A DNA stretch of 64,000 nucleotides, taken from the NCBI GenBank assembly GCA_013239625.1, contig MU053559.1, forward strand, positions 1-64,000, given 5' to 3'. The stretch is from Lama guanicoe. Taxonomy: Eukaryota. The translations under genes were made by a program, and so were the position numbers. A model generated the notes under the pieces. That model made no database searches and was not told where the DNA came from. It worked only from the letters and a program-made list of their open reading frames with translations. This document shows positions 11,750 through 22,610 of this stretch, in pieces. Numbering within the stretch: position 1 is the first letter of the stretch; every line of letters starts with the position of its first letter.

Positions 11750-14394
11750 AAAAGGAGTAACAAAATTGGAAGATTAACGAGGATTTTAAGAATTGCTATA
11801 AAGCTACAATAATCAAGACAGCATAGTATATTCGCAAGGGGAGAGACATCCCTCTGTAAACTATCAATTGGCCATATTTGTGTGTGAAGGTGTGACTATG
11901 AAGGGGCAGCACAAGGGAGTCCTGTAGGGTGATGGAACAGTCATGTACCCTGAATGTGGTGGTGGTTACATGAAGCCACACGTGGTTTAAAACTCGCAGA
12001 ACCCCCAAGGTCAATTTTACTGTATGAGCATTTTTTAAATCAATGTTTAAAATTTTGTCAATCATGTGAGTGAGAATCCTTGCCTTCTGTAAAACTGTTT
12101 TAACACAGGTGTATGTGTGCCTAACCAGTCATTTTGTTTGCTTTTGAGCTGTATATAAAGGGAATTCTATGGCATGTCCTCTCTTGTATCTGACTTCTTT
12201 CACTTAACATTTTGTCTGTGTGTAGTTTAGTTCATTCCATCTCAAAGCTGTGTAGTATTCCATGGTGTCCATATAACACAGTTTGTTTATGCATTTCCTA
12301 CTGATGTATAACTGGGTTGTTTCCAGTTTTTTGCTATTACAAATATTGTTACAAACTTTCCTGTATTTCTTCCAGGGTTACATATATGCACAAGAATGCT
12401 CACCACAGCTAGTTTAAGATGGCAAACAAGTAGATCACATGCTACCTAACCATCCAATAGAGAATGACTGAACATACTCTGGCTGTAATAAATGACAACA
12501 CATCATCAGAATCACTTCAAAGCCTGTGAGCTCTGTTTGGAAGTTACACGAGTGCTCACCGGGGGCTGTTGTGATGACGACTCGTGACCCTAATGACTGC
12601 TGATGGGTCTCAGTGACCTTTGGGGCAGGGAGCTCACTGAGCTCATCTCGGGGCTCCCCAAGGGCAAAGATGGGGACAAACAGGAAGGAGCCTGTGACAC
12701 AGGTGGCTGGCCACCCCAGAGCACTCCAGAGAGGACCTCAAGGGGGCCTGGCCCAGGGTTCTGATCTCAGAGCTTCCCCAGCTTCCTGACTGCCCTGAGC
12801 ACTTCCAGGAAGGCAGCCCCCGGTCAGGCATGAGGTGGCCCACGTCAGACGTTCCCCACCAGCTCCGACCCACTCCTCCTTGCCTTGGGCAAATCTGTCT
12901 CATCTCTTCAGATCCCCCTCCTTTCATGAGCACCCCCTGCATGCTGGGAGCATAGTTGTGTCCCCTGTGCAGGTGAGGGGACAGGGCAGAGAGGGCAGGG
13001 GCTGGGCCTGCAGCCCCACAGCAGGTCAGGTCAGCAGGCAGGTTGTGGGTCATGGTCCTCATCCAGCCTGCAGCAGTGCATCCCCTCAAGTCACACAGAA
13101 CTTCTTGCTGCCTTCTCCTCCAGGCCTGTGTCTCCCCAGACCAGCAGCCATGGTGTGTCTACTTGCCCCAGCAGGGGTTCTAGACCCTGGGAGGGGACTG
13201 GGTGGAGGCAGAGCTGGCAGCAGGCCAGGATCTGCATGGGGTTCTGCTGGGGCTGCCCCCAGTGCCATCAGGACCCAGGGCTGTGCCCTCAGGCTGTAGC
13301 CAGACTGGCCCTGGGGTCCAGGCCGCAGAGCCAGTCCATCTTGTGGAAAAAGGCATATAATGATATCTTTCAATGAGATAAGATGCAAAATATGACAACT
13401 TCCCTTTAACTAAAGAAGTGAGCTTCTGGTAAGAGGAAGAAGAGCAGGAGGGGGAGGAAGGCCATCTGTATAAGACCATGAACAGCACTAAACCAGGGTC
13501 CTCCAGGAGGAAGAGGCAGAGCTGGCCCTAAGCTGCCCCCAGCTGTCCACACACAGAGAAGGAGGCTCCGAGGGACACCCAGGTCTAGGGCACACACACC
13601 CAGAGGCCTGTGACCCTCTCAGGTGTGAATGCTTAAGCCTCTGTCCCTCCTCTGTCTTCTTTGAAGCCTTCCCAGTCTCCGGGGTGGGGCGCCCCCTGCT
13701 GGTAACACTGGGCATTGCTGTTACATGGACCATGCCTGGCTGAACTGTGCGGTGACACCAAGAACTCACCTTGGGACCAAGGCAGTCAGGCTTCCATGAA
13801 TGAAAGGAAGAGGTCACTTTAACTTAGCAGGAAGCTCAGGTTTGGACATGGACTCACCCTACACCAAAAGCACCCAAAATGGGAAGTGGACAGATTGTAG
13901 GATGTGGTCAGGTAACAGCCAGGCTGAGGGCTGAGAGCTCAGGACAGAGAGCAGAGAACCACAAGATCAAGATACTGGGCCTACTAATTAGGAGAAGGAG
14001 GGTGAGGAAGACCAGGAAGGTCTCTGCAAATCACTGTGCTCAGGGCTGATGAGAACATGGAAAGCATTCAGGGCCTCAGTATGCCCATCTGTATACTGGT
14101 GATAAAAGCTGAATTTACATCATGCAGTTGGTATGAGAAAAGCATGATTCCCGTAAAGGGATCAGCTAGTGTCTGGCACAGAGTAACTGTGAGGTAAATG
14201 TTGATGGTGTTGTTATTATTATTACAAGAATCACTCAATCTGAATTAACTTGCTGCTTAATGAACTGTTGACATGCTGTTCTCTCCCATGGGGAGGGCAC
14301 CTTGCTCCCTTTGAGGGTAAGACCCATCTTTCTACCTCCATGGCTCCATTGTGGGGACACTGGCTGTCATCACAAAAGCCTGGTGAAGGGGGGA

Positions 14395-14970
14395 GTTTGA
14401 CAGGCAGAAAAATGCCCCCCAAAAGATGTCCATGTCCTAAACTATAGAACCTGGAATATATCACCTTACCTGGTGACAGGGACTTTGCAGATGTGATTAA
14501 ATTTACACATTTTGAGATGGGGAGGTGATTCTGGATTATCTGGGTTGGCCCCATGTAATGACAAGGGTTCTTATAAGTGAGAGAAGTCAGGAAAGAGAGG
14601 AAGTGATTTGATGTGAGAAGGACTCAACTGGCTATGTTGCCTTTGAAAATGGAAGAAGGGGCCATGAGTCAAGGATGGCACACTGCCTCTAGAAGCTGAA
14701 AAAGGCAAGAAAATTAATTTCTCCCCTAGAGCCTCCAGAAGGCCCAGAAGGAAAGCAGCCCTGAGGATACCTTGTGAGACTTCTGACCCCCAGAACTGTA
14801 AGATAGTACATTTGTATTCAGGTTCTTTTGTTGTTTTCCTTTTTTTTATTGAACTATAGTCAGATTACAATGTTGTGTCAGTTTCTGGTGTATAGCATAA
14901 TGTTTCAGTCCATTTGTGTTGTTTGAAGCCACTCTGTCATAAATTTGTTACATCATTAATAGGAAGCTGC
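14395..14970 (+). mobile_element. MaLR LTR (MLT1-like) carrying a short antisense L1 tail at ~14820-14910
   Basis: GGCAGAAAAATGCCCCCCAAAAGATGTCCATGTCCTAA..GACTTTGCAGATGTGATTAA..CTCTAGAAGCTG..CCAGAACTGTAAGA; subfamily not certain. Confidence 0.8.
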
Positions 14971-15783
14971 TAGATGGAGAAACACACGTCCTCCCTGCTC
15001 CCTTCCTTCCTCCTTCTCAGGCCCCCACTTCTGTCAGAAATGCCCAATCCTGTGGCCTCTGCAAGATGGTGCCCCAGGATACGTTGGTGGCCTGGTGCCC
15101 TTAGTCAACCTCAGAGACAGAGAGAGACTGAGGAGGGTGCAGTTCCCTTGCGGAGGGTATGTTGGGACCCAGTGCTTCTCAAGGGGGCAGGCGTGGAAGA
15201 GGCCCAGGGTACAAGGAGGCCCCCACCCTGCACATTCTCCACCACTATAATCATACATGCACTTGAGAGTGGGGATGATGTGTTGGGGATGACATTGATG
15301 GTAAGAGGGGGCTGATAACTGCTGATGTTTACTTGCTCAGCCAGGCACTGCCCCAGGTGAATATGTTATCTCATTTAACCTCCACCATGACCCTGTGAGG
15401 AGGGAAAGTTATTATCCCTGATGACAGAGGAGCAAAGGGAGGTACCAAGAGCTTGAGTAACTTGCCTATCATGTGACATGGCAGAAATTTAGTCCTGGAC
15501 TGTGTCATTCCAGAGACCTTCCTCTTGCTCACCCGACCACATTGCCTGGATTCCTAGATTAATCAAATGTGGTCGTGAGTGAGGGACATAACATGTTTTC
15601 TCCAAAGCCCAGTGGGCATTGGTCCCCTTTTATGAATGAGGAACTAAGGCTAGGAGAGGACAGATGACTTTAATCTGCTAGTGAGGCAAATTAGGTTGAT
15701 TGAGTTCAAATGTTAAACCACATCACAGCTTTTGAATAAATCCAATATGATCATACTTTTATAATATACTGGACTTCGGCAGT

Positions 15784-16135
15784 GCTATAGATTGAAGTTT
15801 TGTGTCCCCTCAAAATTCATATGTTGAAACTGAATCCCCAGTGTGACGGTATTAGGAGGTAGGGCCTTTCGGATTAGGTCATGAGAGTGGCGCTCTCACG
15901 AATGAGATTAGTGCCCTTATAAAAGAGACCCCAGACAGCAATCTTGCCCCTTCACTATGTGAGGACACCGTGGGGAGACAACCGTCTATGAACCAGTAAG
16001 TTGGCCCTTACCAGACGCCAAATCTGCCAGCACCTTGATCTTGGACTTTCCAGCCCCCATAACTAAGAAATAAATGCTTGCTGTTTATTAGCCACTCAGT
16101 CTACACTATTTTGTTATAGTAGCCTGAACTATAGA
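15784..16135 (+). mobile_element. MaLR LTR (MLT1A/MST-like)
   Basis: TGCTATAGATTGAA..TGTCCCCTCAAAATTCATATGTTGAAA..ATTAGTGCCCTTATAAAAGAGACCCCAGA..CACCTTGATCTTGGACTT..TATTTTGTTATAGTAGCC. Confidence 0.82.
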
Positions 16136-16679
16136 CAGGCAGTTAGCATTTAGCTTAAAATATTTACACCTATTTTCTTGAGATTGTTTTCTGATAATTC
16201 TTTTTTCACTCATCAGGTTTTAGTCAAGGTTATATCAGCCCCATAAGATGAATTAGGAATGCTCTTTTTCTACACTCTGCAACTGCTTTTGTAAAATTGG
16301 ATTTATTTGTTCCTGGAGTGTTACACCAGTGAGGCCATCTGGTTCCATAGTTTCTGTCTGGGAACCGTTGGCTTGCAAGTTCTGTTGCTTTAATGGTTAT
16401 AGGACTACTCAAGTTTTTCTCTTCTTTGGAGACAGTTTTAACAATTTATATGCCTGTAGTGATTTGCCCATTTTATCTAATTTTCAACCCAATTGGCATA
16501 AAGTTGCTTTTTTTGGGGGGGGGGGAGTTGACACTTAGCAAATGATCACATCAGTGAAGGGCCACAGACACACGCCTAGACTTTGACATTTGACAAAGTC
16601 AGAGTATCCTCATTGAAAGGTGAAATATGGGTGTGTTGAATTTGTTTTCACTAGCTGTTCTCCACGTCCAGACCTCTGC

Positions 16680-17420
16680 AACGCTATTCCTTTTGATCAG
16701 ACTGCTTGCCCTCTCTTCCACTTCATTGCCTGGTGGATTCCTACTTGTTTTTTAAAAGGCAGTTCAGGCACCATATCCTCCAAGAAGGCTTCCAGAGTCC
16801 CCGCACTGGACTGAGCATCTGTCCTGGGCTCCTTCCCCCACCCCCAGCTCACTGGAACCATCACTACTAATGCACTAACCACACTGCACTGAAACTCTTT
16901 CTCTATCTCCCCTGCTGAACCATGAGCTCCTTCCTCTGTGTCCTCAGAGCAGAGCAGATGTCAATGCTTGTGGAACTGACCCAAGCTGTAACTACTGAAC
17001 GACCGATTAAGTCCTCTAGCCATGTCTCTATATTTCCCCACATCCGTTTGTCTACTTATTTCATTCAATAGGTATCTACTGAGCACCTACTATGTGCCAG
17101 GTACTGTTCCAGAAGAGTGGCAAGTGAGGCAGTGAGAAAAGAGGAAAACTAGGAGGGTGTGGTATTCTGGAAACCAAGAAAGGATTTCAAGGTTGAGGAG
17201 ATGGTCAACTGTGTCAAATGCGACAAATAGGTCAATTAAGATGAGGTCTGAGAGTTGATCGCTGACAGAACAATGTAAATATCATCAGTGACTCTGGCAC
17301 TTAAGCTCAAGTGGTTGGGCAAAAAATCTGATCAGGACTGTTTCAGAAAAGTACTGGATCCCTGGAGAAGAACTGAAAAAAACTAGTAGAAAGTTTTGCT
17401 GTAAAGGGAAGTAAACAAAT
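16680..17420. mobile_element. L2 fragments
   Basis: L2 3' motifs (CATTCAATAGGTATCTACTGAGCACCTACTATGTGCCAGG; TCAACTGTGTCAAATGC..AGGTCAATTAAGATGAGG). Confidence 0.6.
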
Positions 17421-18481
17421 ATGGGGTGTTTTATTTTGCTATGCTGAGTTTTTTTATTTGCATGCAGTATATCTATCTATCCTTTCTTTCAGAGCTTCTG
17501 GGTTTCTTGTTTTGAGTTAGAATGCAATGTCTGTGGACAGCAACTCTGATATGAATTTTTCACAGCACATTAAGTCTTCTGTCCTGAGGCTTCCCAGTTT
17601 TGAGGGCAGAGGGCTCTCCCTGCTGGTGTCCAAGGCTGGTTCCCCCGACCCCAGTAGCCTCAAAGGCATGTGGCTGATTCACAACCAATATCCCCTCATC
17701 CACAGCTGACCACATCCACCACTGCAACCCAGTGTGTGACACCAAACATTCATGTGGCCACTACTCTTCCTCCCTCCCTGACAGAATGTGGTAAAGACCA
17801 AAGGACCTGCCCCACATAGACCACATAGATTAGTGCCACAAGATGAGGTGACCCAGATCTTCAGGGCCATACTGAAGCAGCAGCAGCAGCAGCGGGGATG
17901 ACCACATTCCATCCCACCCGCTACTCCCCACCGTGATCCTCCCACAGAACGTAACCACCCTGCACCTTCAGGCCCAAACACTGCACAGCAAGACACATCG
18001 TTTCTCATAGAGCTCTATTGTGGCATATAATAATAGGTACTCTATATAAATTAAATTAAAAATAAAGCTCCAGCAGGTTGCACAGGTTGGCTGTTAATAA
18101 ATATATCTCTGGGTAATTGTGCCCCAAGACCAGCTCATGACCACTCTCCCTCATCCAGAGAATTATACAAAAATAAATACAGGCTTGGGGTGGGGCGGGG
18201 GAAGGGAAGACATGCCCGGTTCCATTCTGCAAGTTTTCACTCACACCATCTACCCGTGCCGTTTCTCTCCACTGGTATCATCACAGGGAGTGCCATGCTG
18301 ACTGGAGAACCCAGGGACAGGAAGGCCTCTCTCCCATTGAGCTTTCTCAGAAGCAAAGAACCCCTCATTGTGCAGGCCACACATCCCATCGGAACTCTCT
18401 GGGAGGGGGCAGTGCAGGGGCTGCCCCTCCCCAGACCCCAGAGAGGGGGAAGCCTGTTATTGCTGATCTCACGAGCGGCTC

Positions 18482-19777
18482 TTATGAGAACCAGGCCAGA
18501 GAGAGGCACAGTGCAAGCACCAGGAGGGACATACCACTGTTCAGAGCCACAGGGACCACCACCAGCCCAGCCAGGACCCCCAGAGTCTGGGTCAAGGGTC
18601 CCCGGAGCTGGGGAGGCAATATACACACACACTCTGCAGGGGCTGCTCGGGTAGGAGACCTCTTTGGGGGCTCAAGGCTTGGGCCTGAACCCTCTTCATC
18701 CTGGGAGCTCACATGGGGCCTGGCCAGGCTGGAAGGATAGACTTCAGCCCCCAAGGGACCAAGGAGGGGGAGATTTTGCCCCCGCAGGACTGGAGCAGTT
18801 AGCTCCTTGCTGGATATAGGAACCAAGCTGTCTGCTGTCCCAGTGGTAAACTCCATCCGGGCTTCTGTCCCCTCCGGGGACCCAGTCACCCCAGCTATCA
18901 TCCTATTCATATGCAGAGAGTCAGTGTCCCTGCCCATCCCCTTCTCTGGAGCCCCAGGGAATTGACCCTCTATACCCAGAACCGCAGGGCTGTCACATCC
19001 CGAGCCCCCTGCCCATGGGAGCCACACATCTCCTACAGTGGCTACCACAGAACGGACCCCAGAAAGGATTTCTGGAGGCGATTCCTTGGGGGTGTCCCCT
19101 TCTGGGCTGGAGGGTATAATGGAGAGCCCCTCTTCCCCCTCCCCGTCCTCATCTGGGTCCTCAGTGTCCTTGATAAGCTCCACACCACGCCCCAGCCGGG
19201 CATAGTGCAGTGTGATCTCCTCAGCCAGGGCACTGTTCAGGGCCCGCTCAGGGCCAGGCCACTTTAAGATCAGGTCGCGGTCCGTGAGTATGCCCAGAGG
19301 GTGGCTGGGGGACACTCCCCCATCTGTGGGGCCCTCCCCCCCACCTCCTGCCCCACCAGCAGCCACAGCAGCTCGCAGGCGGCTCAGGTGGGACAGGTAG
19401 AGCTGCTCCAGCTCCTGGTCAATGGTGTCCTCGCCAAGCAGCTCCTCCAACCCACTCATGGCCTCCAGACCCCTGGAGGGCTCATCCTTAACAGCCCCCA
19501 CCACGGAGTCCTTTCGGCCCCTTCCATTCTCGCTGGACACTTCCCACGCGGCTTCCACCTGTCGCTGGCTGGGTTCCAGGAGAGGCCCGGCTGCCCCCTC
19601 ACTCGCATCGGGCCCTGAGGCCTGGTCCCTGGGAGAGCCACCCAGGCCACAGAGAGAGGAAGAGAGGGGAATCCTGATGGCTGGTGCCCGGGGAACTTCT
19701 GTGAAAGCCACTGGCAGACTGCTTCTGGGGACATCACCTTCCTCTGGGGGTTTGCCGGTTGCTGTAACTTCAGAAAC
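18482..19777 (-). CDS. PPP1R3F: PPP1R3F exon 4 (last coding exon), protein phosphatase 1 regulatory subunit 3F, with C-terminal transmembrane segment
   Basis: CAG acceptor at 19780-19778, then [20 protein letters not shown]...[33 protein letters not shown]; 1296 nt; matches the human PPP1R3F C-terminus. Confidence 0.97.
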   Translation of the reverse strand, partial: VSEVTATGKPPEEGDVPRSSLPVAFTEVPRAPAIRIPLSSSLCGLGGSPRDQASGPDASEGAAGPLLEPSQRQVEAAWEVSSENGRGRKDSVVGAVKDEPSRGLEAMSGLEELLGEDTIDQELEQLYLSHLSRLRAAVAAGGAGGGGEGPTDGGVSPSHPLGILTDRDLILKWPGPERALNSALAEEITLHYARLGRGVELIKDTEDPDEDGEGEEGLSIIPSSPEGDTPKESPPEILSGVRSVVATVGDVWLPWAGGSGCDSPAVLGIEGQFPGAPEKGMGRDTDSLHMNRMIAGVTGSPEGTEARMEFTTGTADSLVPISSKELTAPVLRGQNLPLLGPLGAEVYPSSLARPHVSSQDEEGSGPSLEPPKRSPTRAAPAECVCILPPQLRGPLTQTLGVLAGLVVVPVALNSGMSLLVLALCLSLAWFS

Positions 19778-20650
19778 CTGGAGCCAGTGGGGGTGGGGTG
19801 GAGAGAAAGGGAAGGTAGGAAGTAGAGGAGGGGATGGGACAAGCAGAGTCAATGAGAACTGGTGACAGCCCACATTCAGCCCCACAGGTGTTCCCACATG
19901 AAAACTCCTTAAAGAGCACTCTGTAATTCTCTTAACCCCCAAGACTATGTCTACATTAAAATAACAAAATTAGATGGAATAAAAGGGGGCTTCTTGCTGA
20001 TCATAAAAGCTGAGGAATTCAGTGGGCACCAACATTTGGTGAGTGACTATCAGTAAACACTGTTGGTTGACCGCCAAAACATATCCAGAATATCCATATG
20101 AATTCATGTATTTTCTCTTTGAAAACAATCTATTTCTTAGCTCTATCCTTTGACAAGGCCGAGAAACCATGACCAATCTAACAGCAACAAGCACTCTCAG
20201 CCCCCAGATCTTGGTTTCTTAATACCATTCACCACTAAAAGGATCAGGGCTCCTAAAATAAATGACTGTTTCCAGGTTTGGGGCAGGGAAAATAAAAGAT
20301 GAGCCTGGGACATATTGACATGGCAAAATGTGAGGAAGTGCTCAAAGAATGATGGGGGTGTGTCAAAAAAAACTCTGAAGCCAATCTAAATAAGCTCCCA
20401 CTGGCCAGAGAGTTCAATTTAAGCATCAAAATAAATAAATGCAGTAGGTTGAAACTCATCAAATATGTTTAAAGTTCATGAATTAATAATGATACTCCAA
20501 AACCAAAATCCTTTCATTGGTCACCTTTGGAGATGTTCATTTCTTCTGAAAGCTGGTAAATAAAAGGGAAAAATTTGAAGTATTCATCCAGCTTTTTCTA
20601 CACAATCTGTATACTCTCAAGGTATATATGTTCAAGGTAGTCAGATAGTT

Positions 20651-20755
20651 TTTTTCTTTTTTTTAACTTTTTTTTATTGAGTTATAGTCATTTTACAATG
20701 TTGTGTCGAATTCCAGTGTAGAGCACAATTTTTCAGTTATACATGAACATACATA
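20651..20755 (-). mobile_element. 5'-truncated L1 tail (~105 bp) with TSD
   Basis: Poly-T plus L1 3' end reverse complement; TSD TCAAG(G/A)TAGTCA(G/A)ATAGTT at 20632-20650 and 20756-20774. Confidence 0.85.
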
Positions 20756-21379
20756 TCAAGATAGTCAAATAGTTGATGTGAGAAAGCTTTTCTTTAGAGA
20801 ATTCCAGCTAATAAAGTAGAAATGGAATTAAATAGGATCAATTCTATTTAAATTAATAATAGATTATATTTAATAAATTAACTTAATAAAATTATTTAAT
20901 AAATTAAATTTAATACTAGATCTAATTAATTAAATAGAATTAATTAATTAAAATAGAGTAAGAAATGTGTTTCCATGTGGATGCAATTAGCCAAATCCAG
21001 ACTGTGGGAAACTCTACAGGACAAACAAGATTTCTTCAATAAATTGCAGGAAAAGAGAGAGAGATTTAAAAATCTAAGAAGATTCATTAACAAAATGCAA
21101 TTTTTGACCTTGTTTGGACCCTAAAACATTTATGAGGCAAGGAAACTTTAACACTGACCAAATATTTGATGATACTAAGGAATTACTGTTAATTTTCTGA
21201 AGGGTGATGATGGCTCTGTGTGTGTGTGTGTGTGTGTGTGTATAAAAGTGCTTAATTTTCTGAAATACAAACTGAAGTTGTGCTATGTGGGTTCATAATA
21301 CTGGTTTCTTTACTTTTATATGTTTGAAAATCTTTGGAATAAAAAGTTAAAACACACACAAATTCTAAAATACATCTCT

Positions 21380-22090
21380 AGAATCTATCTCCCTGCCAGC
21401 ACTGGCATTGCTTGCCGGGACCACTGCAGTAGCCTCCTCCTCAAGGTCTCCCAGCTTCTGCCCTCAACCCTGCGGTCTATTTGCCTCCTGGCAGCCAGAG
21501 GGAACTGGTTAAATCCTAAGTCTGATCACAGCCCGCCTCTGCTCCTGACTCTCCAGCAGCTCCCCTGTCACTCAGAGTAAAAGCCAGAGTCCTCTCCATG
21601 GCCCACAGGGCCCTACACAGTCTGTCCCCCACCACCTCTCCAACCTCACCTCCTGCCGCTCCCCCTCACTTACTGCTCGCTGTTCCTCACACACATTAGC
21701 CACGGCCCCACCTCAGGGACTTTGCACTTGGCTGGGATGTTCTTCCCCTGGTTATCCACGTGCCTCACTCTCTCACCTTCTTCAGATCTTTGCTCAAATC
21801 TCACTGACCACTAAGGCCTTCCCTGGCCACCCAATCTGAACTTGCAAACATCCCCCTTCACCACCTCCCCACACTTTCTCTTTCCCTATCCCTTTATTTT
21901 TTTTCTTAGCATGCACCATCATCTAAAATATCATATATTTTAACTACTACTTTGTTTTATGACATCTCACTCCACTAAAATGTTGCTTACTTAGCCTCAT
22001 GAAGACAGTGTTTTTGGTCATTACTGTATTACCAGCGTCCGTAACAGTGCTTGGCCCAGAACAAGCACCCAATAAACGTATGCTAAATTA
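21380..22090 (+). mobile_element. L2 element
   Basis: CTGCAGTAGCCTCCT..GCAGCCAGAG..CTCAGAGTAAAAGCCA..CCTCAGGGACTTTGCACTTG..AACAGTGCTTGGC..CAATAAA, typical L2 3' region. Confidence 0.75.
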
Positions 22091-22255
22091 ACAAATGACA
22101 GTCTTATAAGCCCGGTATCTGCATTCTACCCCTCCGTTACCAGGTTCTGATTTGGGGGACCTCTGTCTAAACTAAGGTAGACCCAGAGCAAGTCAGCCCC
22201 CACCATCTGGCTTCCCATCAGGTCGTCCATCCAGAGGCTGCCAGGGTCTGCTTAC

Positions 22256-22338
22256 CTGAAGTGTCATCTGGGGCCATGGACGGAGAGGGGTGGGGGCCAC
22301 CAGGGGACCCACTGACTCCCGGACCTTGGGACGCTCTG
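22256..22338 (-). CDS. PPP1R3F: PPP1R3F exon 3
   Basis: TTCCAG|CAGAGCGT..CTTCAG|GTAAG; 83 nt; (A)[27 protein letters not shown], matching human [28 protein letters not shown]. Confidence 0.95.
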
Positions 22339-22554
22339 CTGGAAAGAAGAGGACAGCACTGGGGCAAGGCAGGCATATAAGCAGGCCTGGTTTGGTTAAG
22401 AAAATCTGCTCTTGGAGCCAATCGGCAGAACTGCCTCTGAAGCTTGATGTGACAGTCTAAGGCAGAGGGTGCCTCTTAATTGGTAGAGAAAGAAAAGGAA
22501 GGGGTAGAAATGGTGAATACAAGATAAAACTCCCGCTCCCGGCCAGATGCTTAC

Positions 22555-22610
22555 CCACAGCAGGGCTACTTTCTTCTGCCCTCTTCATCTTCAGTTCTTC
22601 CTCGTTAGGC
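22555..22610 (-). CDS. PPP1R3F: PPP1R3F exon 2
   Basis: CCACAG|GCCTAAC..GCTGTGG|GTAAG; 56 nt; (R)PNEEELKMKRAEESSPAV; phases fit exons 1 and 3. Confidence 0.93.

Noticed and set aside
19778..19942. N-terminal extension of the 486-aa ORF
   Set aside because: Intronic read-through upstream of the exon 4 acceptor (polypyrimidine tract).
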